NCBI GenBank assembly: GCA_009835325.1 | Contig: VXWP01000080.1 | Coordinates: 3,292-67,291 of the forward strand | Source of the DNA: Gemmatimonadota bacterium | GTDB lineage: Bacteria > JAAXHH01 | Reading direction: 5' to 3' | Length of the DNA stretch: 64,000 nucleotides | Shown here: one piece after another, positions 27,961 to 37,575 of the stretch | How the letters are laid out: every line of letters starts with the position of its first letter | Numbering within the stretch: position 1 is the stretch's first letter | Translations under genes and position numbers: made by a program | The notes under the pieces: generated by a model | Told to the model about the DNA's origin: nothing | Seen by the model: the letters and a program-made list of their open reading frames with translations, nothing else | Databases searched by the model: none

Positions 27961-29673
27961 ATGCGCCATGCGCGAATGCTGTTCTCCCTGATCGCCGGCC
28001 TGGCAGTCCTGGCCGTCGTCTCCGTATCTTCCGGTCAGCCTGGCCAGCCTGGTCAGCCTGGTCAGCCTGGTCAGCCTGGTCAGCCTGGCCAGCAACCACG
28101 TACGAATTCGGTGGGCAAGGTCATGCCTCCCGATGCCGCGCCCCTGTCCCGGCAAGTCATCCGCGTGATGAACATGGAGCCGCGCAGCATTGACTCCGGC
28201 ATCCATCCCTACGACGACGAAGGGCTGGTTATGAGGCCCTTCGAAATGCTGATGTGGCGCGACGAGTTCATGCAGCCCATACCGGGTGCGGCCGAGCGGT
28301 ACGAGCGTTCCGAGGACGGCCTGACCTGGACCTTCTACCTGCGGCCCGGCGCCCGGTGGAGCGACGGACGACCCGTCACCGCCCACGATTTTGTGTACAC
28401 GTTCCGTCGGAACATCGATCCCGCGTCGGCGAACATCTATGCGAATTTCTACTACGATTTCAAGAACGCGCGTGCGATCAACCAGGGGCGGATCGCGGAC
28501 GTGTCGCAACTGGGCGTACGCGCGCTGGACGACCTGACCCTGGTCATCGAGACCGAACAGCCGACGCCCTACCTGCTGTACATCGTATCCTTCCCCGATA
28601 CCTTCCCGGCACCGCGCTGGGCCGTGGAGAAGTACGGCCGAAAATGGACCGAGCAGGGCAAAATCGTCACCAACAGCGGCTTTAAACTGTCCGAGTGGGT
28701 CTCCGGAAGTCACATCAAGTATGTGCCGGATCCCATGTACAACGGTCCCCACAAACCTTTTCTGGAACAGGTCGTCCAGCTGTTTCGGGAGCCGGCGGCG
28801 GCCAACGTACTGCCTTACGAGAACGACGAAGTGGACATGGAGGCGGTCGACCTTGCAGAACTACAACGCATCCGGAACGACCCGCGCCTCGGCAGGGATA
28901 TCGTCCGTTCGCCGAGCTACCAGACCTGGTACTTTATTTTCAGGTCCCGGGAACCGCCCTTCGATGATGTCCGCGTCCGTGAAGCCTTTACCCGGATTAT
29001 CGATCGGAAATCGATCTGCGACGTGATTCTCCAGGGTGCCGGTATCCCGGCCTACTCCATGATTCCACCCGGGTTCGACGCCTACGCGGGGCCGGTATAC
29101 GAGCCGATACAGGGTTTCGATCCGGAACGGGCCAAAGCGCTCATGGCAGAGGCCGGCTATCCGCGGGGACGGGGCTTCCCGACCATCGAAACCTGGTTGA
29201 GAGCGCCTAATCCCATTACCCGCAGAATCGCAGAGGCGGTCCAGGGGATGTTGCGGAACCATCTCGGGGTGGACATCACCTTCCGCAGCGCCGATATGGG
29301 TTCCTACATGAGCGCCCTGTTCGATTGGCAGATTCCCTTCGGATTCATCGCCTGGGGGGCAGACTATCTGGACCCGAGGAACATGCTGGACATGACCTGG
29401 CATTCCAGGCCGAGGGGGGCGCAGCGCCAGGACTGGACCCATCCCGCCTTTGACGATCTCGTGGACCGGGCGGTCGGGGAATCCGACCCCGCACGGCGCA
29501 CGGAGATATACAAGGACGCTGAGCGAATCCTGGTGTCCGACTACGGCGGTGCATTCGTCTATCATCCCATCGGATATGGCCTGCGCAAGCCCTGGTTGAA
29601 AGGGTACTCCAGACGTCCCGACGGGACGGTGGGAAGCCTGATGTGGACCGAAGTCTACATTGGTGATCATTGA
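27961..29673 (+). CDS. ABC-type solute-binding protein, family 5, with signal peptide and (GQP)6 linker; no cognate permease nearby
   Basis: Signal peptide MRHARMLFSLIAGLAVLAVVS, then GQPGQPGQPGQPGQPGQ, then an SBP_bac_5-like body (ARWSDGRPVTAHDFVYTFRR). The track's 27853 start runs through the tRNA and is rejected. Confidence 0.8.
   Translation: MRHARMLFSLIAGLAVLAVVSVSSGQPGQPGQPGQPGQPGQPGQQPRTNSVGKVMPPDAAPLSRQVIRVMNMEPRSIDSGIHPYDDEGLVMRPFEMLMWRDEFMQPIPGAAERYERSEDGLTWTFYLRPGARWSDGRPVTAHDFVYTFRRNIDPASANIYANFYYDFKNARAINQGRIADVSQLGVRALDDLTLVIETEQPTPYLLYIVSFPDTFPAPRWAVEKYGRKWTEQGKIVTNSGFKLSEWVSGSHIKYVPDPMYNGPHKPFLEQVVQLFREPAAANVLPYENDEVDMEAVDLAELQRIRNDPRLGRDIVRSPSYQTWYFIFRSREPPFDDVRVREAFTRIIDRKSICDVILQGAGIPAYSMIPPGFDAYAGPVYEPIQGFDPERAKALMAEAGYPRGRGFPTIETWLRAPNPITRRIAEAVQGMLRNHLGVDITFRSADMGSYMSALFDWQIPFGFIAWGADYLDPRNMLDMTWHSRPRGAQRQDWTHPAFDDLVDRAVGESDPARRTEIYKDAERILVSDYGGAFVYHPIGYGLRKPWLKGYSRRPDGTVGSLMWTEVYIGDH
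28033..28095 (+). repeat. In-frame 9-bp tandem repeat (7 units) encoding (GQP)n
   Basis: ggtcagcct/ggccagcct ... Positions 28042-28067 are the reverse complement of murE 4622-4647. Confidence 0.85.
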
Positions 29674-29694
29674 AGACGGACAGGGAGGCGCGGC

Positions 29695-30960
29695 ATGAAT
29701 GGTGAACAGTCAGCCGTTCCCGTGGAACAGCGCATCAATATGAGTTGCGGGCAGACGCCCCTCTCGCCCGCCTGTCTCGCGGCCATCGGGAAGCAGCTTG
29801 CGGAGCCGGTCTACTACGCCCATTACCCGGAGATCGAAAAAGAGACCTGTCTCATGCTCAAGCGGCTGCTGAACACCGGAAACGGCCCCATGCTCATACC
29901 GGGGTCCGCCGTGTACGGACTGGAAGCGGCCATGCTCGGCACCGTGGAGTCCGGTGACCGCGTGCTTACGGTCCAGACCGGTGTCTTCGGCCGGCTGCTG
30001 ACGGAGTTGGCCAGGTTCGCGGGCGGGGATACGACCGAGATCGCCCTCGAGGAAGGGCAGTCAGTCGACCCGGACACGATTCGTCGACACCTGCTCGGCG
30101 ACCCGGATATCAGACAGGTCGCGCTGGTCCACTGCGAGACCACGACCGGCACGCTGAATCCGATCGAGGCCATCGGGCGCATGCTCAAGCACGAGTTTCC
30201 CAACGTGATCTACATGGTGGACTGCGTGTCTTCTTTCGGAGGGGTCGAGGTGCGCGTCGACGACTGGGGGATTGACCTGCTCGTCACCACGACCCAGAAG
30301 TGCCTGAACGCGCCCCAGGGCCTGGCGATCGTGGTGGCCAGCGAGAAGGCCTGGGACAAGATCGAAAACCTGCGGAACGCACCGCGCGCCATGTGCCTCG
30401 ATCTCCATTCCTGGCGCCGCTACGGCATGGAGGGAGGCGCCGCGATGGGGTACGATACGCTCGAAAAGGGCGCCGTGCCGCGCGCACGCAAACCCCACCC
30501 GCGGGACTGGCCCGTCCACGGCCCCCATGCGTCTTACACCCTGGTCGTTGGGCTGCACGCCTCGCTGAAGGCCATCATGGACGAGGGACCGGAACAGGTC
30601 TACTGCCGCCAGTACGTTGCTTCCAGGGCGGTACACGCGGCGTTGCGGGCCCTGGGTCTCGGCATCGTGGCCGCGACGGAGGCGTCGGCCGCGCCTGTGG
30701 CGACGCGCATCGCGTTGCCGGACCACCTCGACGCGACCGAACTGAATAGGATCCTCTTCGAAGAACACGGCATCGCACTCAGCAGCCTTGCCCGGATCGG
30801 CACCATGGGGTTCATGGCCGTACCGGAGCATGTGCTGCGAACGATAACGGCATTGGAGCAGGTCTTGAAGAAGATGGGATGGGATATGAAGGAGGGCTCA
30901 GGCGTATCTGCGGCCCGTGAGGTTTTCGAGCACGCGCAGATCTTCAACGACCGGATCTGA
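29695..30960 (+). CDS. Class V pyridoxal-phosphate-dependent aminotransferase (AGXT / serine-pyruvate type)
   Basis: Fold-type I class V pattern including the TTTQKCLNAP PLP-lysine region. 22 nt downstream of the SBP gene with a GGGAGG RBS. Confidence 0.75.
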   Translation: MNGEQSAVPVEQRINMSCGQTPLSPACLAAIGKQLAEPVYYAHYPEIEKETCLMLKRLLNTGNGPMLIPGSAVYGLEAAMLGTVESGDRVLTVQTGVFGRLLTELARFAGGDTTEIALEEGQSVDPDTIRRHLLGDPDIRQVALVHCETTTGTLNPIEAIGRMLKHEFPNVIYMVDCVSSFGGVEVRVDDWGIDLLVTTTQKCLNAPQGLAIVVASEKAWDKIENLRNAPRAMCLDLHSWRRYGMEGGAAMGYDTLEKGAVPRARKPHPRDWPVHGPHASYTLVVGLHASLKAIMDEGPEQVYCRQYVASRAVHAALRALGLGIVAATEASAAPVATRIALPDHLDATELNRILFEEHGIALSSLARIGTMGFMAVPEHVLRTITALEQVLKKMGWDMKEGSGVSAAREVFEHAQIFNDRI

Positions 30961-32698
30961 AGAGCCAGTCCCAGAATCCCTCTTCCCGGTCCTCGGCGGC
31001 CCCGTCTCTCACGGCCTCCTCCGTGACGTATAGCGTCGTCGAGAGGTTGAGATGCTTGTCGACACGAATCGCGTAACCACCCCGCTCGTTCCGCTCGAGG
31101 GCTTCGGTGCGTAGATAAGGCTTCCACAGCTCGTTGTGCTGACTGTGCCACAGGAACACGCCGGCCACGTCCTCGACCACGATGCGTTCGGCCTCCTCGT
31201 AGAGCGCTAATCGTCTTTCCGGGTCGCCGATCAGGTGATTGGCCTCCGCCATGACGGATTCGAAGCGCTGGTTGAACCAGGCATGGCGGCCCGTCGAAAG
31301 CCAGATACCGAGCAGATTGCTGGGATCCATGTAGTCGTACCCGTAGGGGATCATGGCGAAGGCGATGTTCCCCTGGTACATGGTTTCCATGAACAGTTTG
31401 GCCTCGGTGTTCTGCACGCCGATATCCAGGTTCAGATTGCGCTTCAGCATGGCCTGTACCGCCTGGGGCGCCTGTCCTCCTTGTAGATTGGCTCCCCTGA
31501 TCCACATCACCGTATGCGGAAACCCTCTTCCGTCCGGATAGCCGGCTTCCGCGAGCAGCTGGCGCGCCAGGCCCGGATCGTATCGCTGAACGGGCGCAAG
31601 TACCCGGGTGTTTGCCGCGGGAAACCCGTCGGGCAACATGGACACCGCGGGAACGGCGACGCCCTGGAGGGCGGACGCGACCAGCGCTTCGGTATCGATG
31701 GCGTGGCTGAACGCCTGCCGCACCCGGAGATCGTCGAAAGGCGGCTTGAAGGTGTCCATCATCAGGTAGGTGGTCCCGAAGGCCGAATAGGTGACGAGCT
31801 GGTCACTGAGCCCTGCATCGTGCTTAACGCGGTTGATTTCCGCCTGGTTCGTCAGGGAGGCCAGGTCCACCGCGCCCGCCTCGTATGACGACAACATCGG
31901 CGGAGGTACCGCGGCATTGAAGAGCTTCGAGACCACTTTTTCGAGATATGGTTTGTGGGGTCCCCGGTAGTGGGGATTCGGCGCCAGCACAATCCGGTCC
32001 AGCTTCGACCATTCCAACAGCCTGAAAGGGCCACTGCCCAGCAGCGTTTCCGGCCGTGTCGACCAGCCCGGACCGTGTTTCTCGAAAAGGTGCGTGGGCG
32101 TTACCCAGCTGAAGGTCAGGATCAGGGGCAGGTAGGGCGTGGGATCTTCGGTTGCAAAGGCGATGGTGTGATCGTCCAGCGCCGTGACGCCCAGGGAATC
32201 GGGCGGCAGTTTGGCGGCGACGACCTCGCTCCAGTTCCTGATCGACCGGTAGAACCATTCGAAATCGAATCCCGTGGCCGGGTCCGCCCACCGTTTGAAG
32301 GTGTCTTCGAAGTCGTGGGCGGTGAGGGGATGACCGTCGGCGAAGATCAGATCGGGCTGCAGGTGAAACGTCCAGGTGAGCCCGTCGCCGGATACCTCCC
32401 AACGGGTCGCGGCGGCCGGCAGCAGGTTGTAGTCCCGGTCCATGCGCACCAGCGGTTCGTTGACCAGGGCGTAGTCGTGGCCGATCACCTGGTAGTGAGA
32501 GGTGGCCATGTCCAGGTAGCGGTTCTCGGCCTTGAAACTGGTGAAGACCTGGTACTCGGGCGGGGCCGCGTCGGGTGGCATCGGAATGCCGATGGAATTG
32601 GTGTAAGGCGCGGGCAGATCCGCGTCCGGCCAGGCCAATGCGGCCGTGCAGCCAATCAATGCCGCGGAGAAGAGCGCAAAGACGAACCGGACCGTCAC
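30944..32698 (-). CDS. ABC-type solute-binding lipoprotein, family 5 (paralog 2)
   Basis: Lipobox LIGC after the signal peptide; SBP_bac_5 body. 4-nt overlap with the upstream Rieske gene. Confidence 0.8.
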   Translation of the reverse strand: MTVRFVFALFSAALIGCTAALAWPDADLPAPYTNSIGIPMPPDAAPPEYQVFTSFKAENRYLDMATSHYQVIGHDYALVNEPLVRMDRDYNLLPAAATRWEVSGDGLTWTFHLQPDLIFADGHPLTAHDFEDTFKRWADPATGFDFEWFYRSIRNWSEVVAAKLPPDSLGVTALDDHTIAFATEDPTPYLPLILTFSWVTPTHLFEKHGPGWSTRPETLLGSGPFRLLEWSKLDRIVLAPNPHYRGPHKPYLEKVVSKLFNAAVPPPMLSSYEAGAVDLASLTNQAEINRVKHDAGLSDQLVTYSAFGTTYLMMDTFKPPFDDLRVRQAFSHAIDTEALVASALQGVAVPAVSMLPDGFPAANTRVLAPVQRYDPGLARQLLAEAGYPDGRGFPHTVMWIRGANLQGGQAPQAVQAMLKRNLNLDIGVQNTEAKLFMETMYQGNIAFAMIPYGYDYMDPSNLLGIWLSTGRHAWFNQRFESVMAEANHLIGDPERRLALYEEAERIVVEDVAGVFLWHSQHNELWKPYLRTEALERNERGGYAIRVDKHLNLSTTLYVTEEAVRDGAAEDREEGFWDWLFRSGR

Positions 32699-33090
32699 GG
32701 GATGTCCCCTTCTTCCCTAGCAGGTGATTCCGGTCCATCCAGGTACAGGATCACATTACCTTCTTCGATCTCCACACGGTAAGTTTTGACCCGCAGCGCA
32801 GGATCGTAGAGCGCCCGGCCGGTGGCGAGGTCGAATTCCCACTGGTGCCAGGCGCACTTCAGGACCTGCTTCTCGTGCTGTTCGACCGAGTAAACCTCAT
32901 CCGCCGTTACATGGGGCCTCAGGCGGCCGCGGCAGAGCGGCCCGCCCTTGTGGGGGCAACGGTTCCGCAGGGCGTAGTACCGGCCGCCGACGTTGAACAC
33001 GCCGATTCCGCCGCGTCCGCCCTCGGGGACGATGCGGCGTTCACCCGGCGGAAGGTCTTCGACGGCGGATACCACGTAACGGCGGCTCAT
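32695..33090 (-). CDS. Rieske [2Fe-2S] domain protein (small ferredoxin-type)
   Basis: CPHKGGPL ... CAWHQWEF Rieske CXH-CXXH boxes; 131 aa, no catalytic oxygenase domain. Confidence 0.8.
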   Translation of the reverse strand: MSRRYVVSAVEDLPPGERRIVPEGGRGGIGVFNVGGRYYALRNRCPHKGGPLCRGRLRPHVTADEVYSVEQHEKQVLKCAWHQWEFDLATGRALYDPALRVKTYRVEIEEGNVILYLDGPESPAREEGDIP

Positions 33091-34196
33091 TCGCAGGGTT
33101 TCCCGTGTTCGTCCAGGCCGTACAGCTCCCGCGCCGTCTCCACGAATACCCTGTCCTTAAGCCGCGCATCCACGCCGGGAAGCACCGAGTCCGGCGATTC
33201 CCAGTCCCAGTGGGGATAGTCACTCGCGTACACGAGGATCTCGTCCGCGTGCAGCCATTCCAGGAAGGTCTTGAGGTCCTTTCGGGTCGGCGGCTGTTCC
33301 ATGGGTTGGCATCCGAACCTGACGTGGTCACGGATATACTCGCTCGGAGGCCTCTTGACCCAGGGCGTGTAGTCGCGGACCGCCTTCCAGTCGGCGTCCA
33401 TGTGCCACATCAGCCCCGGTACCCAGAAGGTATCGTGTTCGATGAAGAGGAACTTCAGCCCGGGGAATTTCTCGAAGGTCCCTTCGCAGATCAGGCTCGA
33501 GACGTGCGCCATAGCGATCTGGGGCCGGGCCATGCGCATTTCCAGGTAGTAAGAGGGATATCCGGCCGCCGTGGGGGCATTGGCAAAGCCCGCGCCCTCC
33601 ACGCCGAAGTGCACGCACATGGGAAGCCGGCACTCCTGCGCCGCTTCGTAAATCGGGTCGTAGAACCGGTTCCCGAAAGGCATGCGCCCCCCGGCGGGCA
33701 TGATGACCTGGAGTACTTCGGGACGACTGCCGATCCGCCGGATCTCCGCGGCCGCCTGCTTCGGATCGGACGGTGCGATGGCCACCGACGCTCGGAATCG
33801 ACCGTCCGCCTTGATCCAGGTCTCCAGGGTCCAGTCGTTGAAGGCCCGGCACATTGCGGCGCCGAAGTCTGCGTCCGGGTGCACCGCCGCTCCGTACACC
33901 GTAACCCCCGTCAACAGGGCGACGTCGATGCCGTATTCGTCGAGATGGTGCCTGCGGGCCAGCTCGATGTTGCTGCTCGGATGGGTTTCGGTGTGCTCCC
34001 AGAGTTCGGCGCGGCAGCCGCCTTTGGGGAGATTGGTATAGACAAGGCCGGGCATCATGGACCCGAAGTCCTTCACGTACTCCACGTAGTGGCCGGGGAG
34101 GTAAGGGAAGAGATCTTCGATTTCCACGACACCGTGATGCAGGTCGCAGTCGATGAGACCGATGGGGCTGGCGGCTTTCGATTCGATTTCAGACAT
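33087..34196 (-). CDS. Amidohydrolase-2 family metal-dependent hydrolase/decarboxylase (ACMSD/LigW-like)
   Basis: TIM-barrel amidohydrolase_2 pattern (IDCDLHH ... HFGVEGAG ... DYPHWD). Start MSEIESK with a GAGGTG RBS; the track's N-terminal extension to 34463 is rejected. Confidence 0.7.
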   Translation of the reverse strand: MSEIESKAASPIGLIDCDLHHGVVEIEDLFPYLPGHYVEYVKDFGSMMPGLVYTNLPKGGCRAELWEHTETHPSSNIELARRHHLDEYGIDVALLTGVTVYGAAVHPDADFGAAMCRAFNDWTLETWIKADGRFRASVAIAPSDPKQAAAEIRRIGSRPEVLQVIMPAGGRMPFGNRFYDPIYEAAQECRLPMCVHFGVEGAGFANAPTAAGYPSYYLEMRMARPQIAMAHVSSLICEGTFEKFPGLKFLFIEHDTFWVPGLMWHMDADWKAVRDYTPWVKRPPSEYIRDHVRFGCQPMEQPPTRKDLKTFLEWLHADEILVYASDYPHWDWESPDSVLPGVDARLKDRVFVETARELYGLDEHGKPCE

Positions 34197-34461
34197 GATC
34201 TGGTGGCACCTCGCCTGGAACCCGGTGGAAATCGAACCCGGAGGAGATCGAACCCGGCGGAAGTCCGGAAACGTGTTACTGCCATAGATACGCCGTCCCG
34301 GGGTCCTGTCAAGTTGATCATGCGACGTGTAGAAGATTGTGCTTTGTATTTGATGACCAGACGATACATTGCCATACCGCTTCATTCCTGCGACACAAGT
34401 GGCAGCGGCGCAACCGGGACGGTTCCGGCCTCCAGCCGCGTCCGAAATCGGAGAGGAACAC

Positions 34462-35442
34462 ATGGAATACCGGCAACTCGGCCGCTACGGCGTGCGCGTG
34501 TCCCCCATCTGTCTCGGTACGGCGTTCCGGGGCTTCTGGGCCGGCCGGACGGACGAGAAAACCTGCTTACGCACGATCGAAACGGCGGTGGATCTCGGGA
34601 TCAACTTCATCGACTGCGCGAACTTCTACTTCGGTGGCAGGTGCGAGGAAGTGCTGGGCAAGGCTCTGGCCGCCATGAAGGACAAGCGGGACAACCTGGT
34701 GATCACCAGCAAGGTCTGGAGCGAGATCGGGCCGGGGCCGAACGACAAGGGCACCTCCCGCTATCATATCATGCGGGAGATCGACCGCTCGCTGAAGCGC
34801 CTGGGGCTGGATCATATCGATCTCTATCTCCTGCACCACTTCGATCCCGGCACGCCCCTGGACGAGACCCTGGACGCCATGAACGACGTGGTGAGGCAGG
34901 GCAAGGCCCGGTATGTCGGCATGTGCAACTACACGGCCGCCCAGGTCGTCGAAGCGCTGTGGGTGGCCGACAGGCACGGCCTCGCGACACCGGTATGCCT
35001 GCAGAACCAGTACAACCTGATCCATCGATCCGGCGTGGAGACCGAACTGCTCGACCGGTGCCGCCGGCATGGACTGGGGATGATGACGTACAGCCCCATC
35101 GCCGTCGGCCTGCTTACGGGCCGGTGCAGACGGGGCGGGGATCCCCCCGCGGGCTCGGTCTGGGCGAAGGAAATCGATCGGTTCAGGAAGATCATGACTC
35201 CGGCCGTCGATCATCTGGTCGCCACCTTGATCGACGTGGCCGCGGAGCTCGGCAGGACCCCCGCGCAGGTCGCCTTCGCGTGGATCCTGGATCATCCAGA
35301 GGTGACGGCCGCCATGACGGGACCCGATCTACCGGAGCACGTGGAAGAGGTTTGCGGCGGTGCGGGTTGGCATCTGCCCCCCGAGATGCGAAGCAGACTG
35401 GACGAGGCTTCCGCCCCGGACCGGCTCGGACAGGTCGAGTAG
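34462..35442 (+). CDS. Aldo/keto reductase
   Basis: MEYRQLGRYGVRVSPICLGT N-terminus, IDLYLLHHFD and other AKR motifs; GGAGAGG RBS. Confidence 0.85.
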   Translation: MEYRQLGRYGVRVSPICLGTAFRGFWAGRTDEKTCLRTIETAVDLGINFIDCANFYFGGRCEEVLGKALAAMKDKRDNLVITSKVWSEIGPGPNDKGTSRYHIMREIDRSLKRLGLDHIDLYLLHHFDPGTPLDETLDAMNDVVRQGKARYVGMCNYTAAQVVEALWVADRHGLATPVCLQNQYNLIHRSGVETELLDRCRRHGLGMMTYSPIAVGLLTGRCRRGGDPPAGSVWAKEIDRFRKIMTPAVDHLVATLIDVAAELGRTPAQVAFAWILDHPEVTAAMTGPDLPEHVEEVCGGAGWHLPPEMRSRLDEASAPDRLGQVE

Positions 35443-35493
35443 CGCGATCACCTTGGAACGAATCCCCTCCCTGTACATGCGAAAGCGTAACCC

Positions 35494-36825
35494 TTACCCG
35501 TTACCGGTTCCCGCATCCGTTTCCGCAGCGTCGGTCATGCCGGCCATGCGATCGATCCTGAGCCGTTGGACGCGGGTCGGCTCCACGCGCAGCGCCGTCA
35601 TCAGGTGGGTGCCGGCACGGACCTGTTCCCCCTGCCTGGGGATGTGGCCCAGCAGTTCGGTCATGACCCCGCCCGTGGTATCCGAAGTCAGTTCGTCGGG
35701 CAGTTCCAGGCCGCAGGCGCGGACGACCTGGTCGACGGGGCAACTGGCATCGACCTCGAACCGGTGAGGTCCCGTCCGCACGATGAGCGGCGCCTCGCTG
35801 TCGAATTCATCCTGAATCGGGCCTACCAGTTCTTCCAGTACGTTCTCCAGCGTGATCATCCCGGAAACCGTTCCAAACTCGTCCACCAGGACGGCCAGTA
35901 CGGAATTGCGCCGCTGGAACTCCAGGAGCAGTGCGTCGAGGCGGATAGTCTCGGGCAGGAACAGCGGTTCGCGGGCGATACTCTCCAGGGAGGCGAACTG
36001 GTCTTCGTCGTAAAGGCCCTTCATGAGGTCCTTGACGTGAATGATCCCGATGATCTGGTCCAGATCCTCGTCACACAGCGGGAAGCGCGTGTGTCCGGAC
36101 TCGGCGACGACGCGCAGTTTCTCTTCGGTGGGGTCGTTCTGGTTCACGAACACGATCTGATTGCGGGGAAGCATGTAGCGCCGGGCCACCTTTTCCTCGA
36201 GGTCGAGCACGTTTTCCATGATCCGGCGTTCCCGTCGTGAAACGTGCCCCCCGGCCACCATGCTGACCAGGGCGATACGCAGTTCGGATTCGGTGAACGA
36301 TTCGCCGTGCGCGTCTATCACCCGGATGCCCAGGCACCGGAGCATGAGATTCGCGCTTACGTTCAGCAGCCAGATGAAGGGCCTGAACACCCTGTAGAAC
36401 AGGACGAGGGGAATGCCGATGACCAGCGCCACCTGCCGGTACTTCTGCAGGGCGACGAACTTGGGCACGAGCTCGCCGGCCGTGATGAGCAGGAAAGTCA
36501 TCACCACGAGGGCGAGCGGGATCGCGATGAGATGGGCGGTCGCCGCGGAAAAACCCAGGGAAAGCACGAGCGGTTCAAGCAGGGCGGCCACCGTCCGTTC
36601 GCTGAACCAGCCCAGGCCCAGGCTTCCAAGCGTTACCCCCAGCTGGCACGAGGAAAGATAGGTGTCCAGGTTCTGAAGTATATTCCGTACGGTCTGCGCG
36701 ATTCGGCTTCCATCCTGGACCATGACCTCGATTTCGGCCATCCGGATCTTGACCAGGGCGAATTCCGCGGCTACGAAGAAGCCGTTGAACGCGACCAGCA
36801 GAAGTACGATAATGAGGTCGTTCAT
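35494..36825 (-). CDS. CNNM/CorC/HlyC-family transporter (DUF21-CBS pair-CorC_HlyC)
   Basis: N-terminal 4-TM DUF21 domain, tandem CBS domains, C-terminal CorC/HlyC transporter-associated domain. Confidence 0.85.
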   Translation of the reverse strand: MNDLIIVLLLVAFNGFFVAAEFALVKIRMAEIEVMVQDGSRIAQTVRNILQNLDTYLSSCQLGVTLGSLGLGWFSERTVAALLEPLVLSLGFSAATAHLIAIPLALVVMTFLLITAGELVPKFVALQKYRQVALVIGIPLVLFYRVFRPFIWLLNVSANLMLRCLGIRVIDAHGESFTESELRIALVSMVAGGHVSRRERRIMENVLDLEEKVARRYMLPRNQIVFVNQNDPTEEKLRVVAESGHTRFPLCDEDLDQIIGIIHVKDLMKGLYDEDQFASLESIAREPLFLPETIRLDALLLEFQRRNSVLAVLVDEFGTVSGMITLENVLEELVGPIQDEFDSEAPLIVRTGPHRFEVDASCPVDQVVRACGLELPDELTSDTTGGVMTELLGHIPRQGEQVRAGTHLMTALRVEPTRVQRLRIDRMAGMTDAAETDAGTGNG

Positions 36826-36885
36826 GGTACCGGGGATTTACGGAGAGAAGTCAGTCTGTGTTGGTCGTTGGGAGCGAATGAACCC

Positions 36886-37353
36886 TTAGTGCACGGGACG
36901 ACCGAATCTATCGGCGAGGGCTTCGCGCCGGTAGTCGAAAATGGCGTTGAGCTGGTTCTTCACGATCGCCGCATGTACCATACGGCCCAGCACACCAAAT
37001 GGCAAGGCATAATGAACCAGGTCTTTCATTTCCACTCCGCCCTCCACGGAACGCAGCCGGTGTTCGTGGTGCCAGAACCTGTACGGCCCCGATCTCTGTT
37101 CATCGATGAAGTAGCTAAGTGGTTCTGCCTGAGTGATTTCCGTTACCCAGTTAAAGTAAAACATCGAGTAGAGTCCAAGCCGGTACGTGATGATGAGACC
37201 CGTGTACATGCGGTCCGGGAGATCGGAAGTCACGGTCAGCCGGACACCCGGCGGGGTCAGGTCGCGCAGGTGCTCGGGCCGGCACAGGAAATCCCAGGCG
37301 GCATCCAGCGATACGGGCAGGATCTGCGTGCGTTTCAACCGGTAGACATGCAT
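36886..37353 (-). CDS. SRPBCC (START/Bet v1-like polyketide cyclase/dehydrase) family protein
   Basis: 155 aa with an SRPBCC-like pattern; composition is protein-like, unlike the Arg-rich shadow ORFs. Confidence 0.55.
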   Translation of the reverse strand: MHVYRLKRTQILPVSLDAAWDFLCRPEHLRDLTPPGVRLTVTSDLPDRMYTGLIITYRLGLYSMFYFNWVTEITQAEPLSYFIDEQRSGPYRFWHHEHRLRSVEGGVEMKDLVHYALPFGVLGRMVHAAIVKNQLNAIFDYRREALADRFGRPVH

Positions 37354-37405
37354 GGGAATTCGGCGCTCCAGTCCAGGTTTCCCTTCCCGTCAAGGCGCGG
37401 CTGAT

Positions 37406-37444
37406 CCATGGCGCCGACGGGTGGCCGGCCCATGGCGCCGACGG
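37406..37444 (+). repeat. Direct repeat CCATGGCGCCGACGG x2 (24-bp period) in a divergent promoter region
   Basis: Perfect 15-bp copies at 37406-37420 and 37430-37444, between the SRPBCC gene (-) and the epimerase-family gene (+). Confidence 0.7.
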
Positions 37445-37575
37445 ACGGCGGGCACGGAACTAAGGCCGCGCTATCTGGATACTACGGGAATCGTTGAAGC
37501 GAGTCAAACCACATTACCCGGGCGGTCTCCCCGGCCTTGACACCTTGCCGTGCCGGTTTTAACTTTCGCCACACT

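Noticed and set aside
28033-28095. Regular short repeats (QPG array here; the murE, PHP and intergenic tandem repeats elsewhere) considered as possible CRISPR arrays.
   Set aside because: Repeat units are 9-18 bp with no unique spacers. Most are in frame inside coding sequence, and no cas genes are present. They are minisatellites, not CRISPR.
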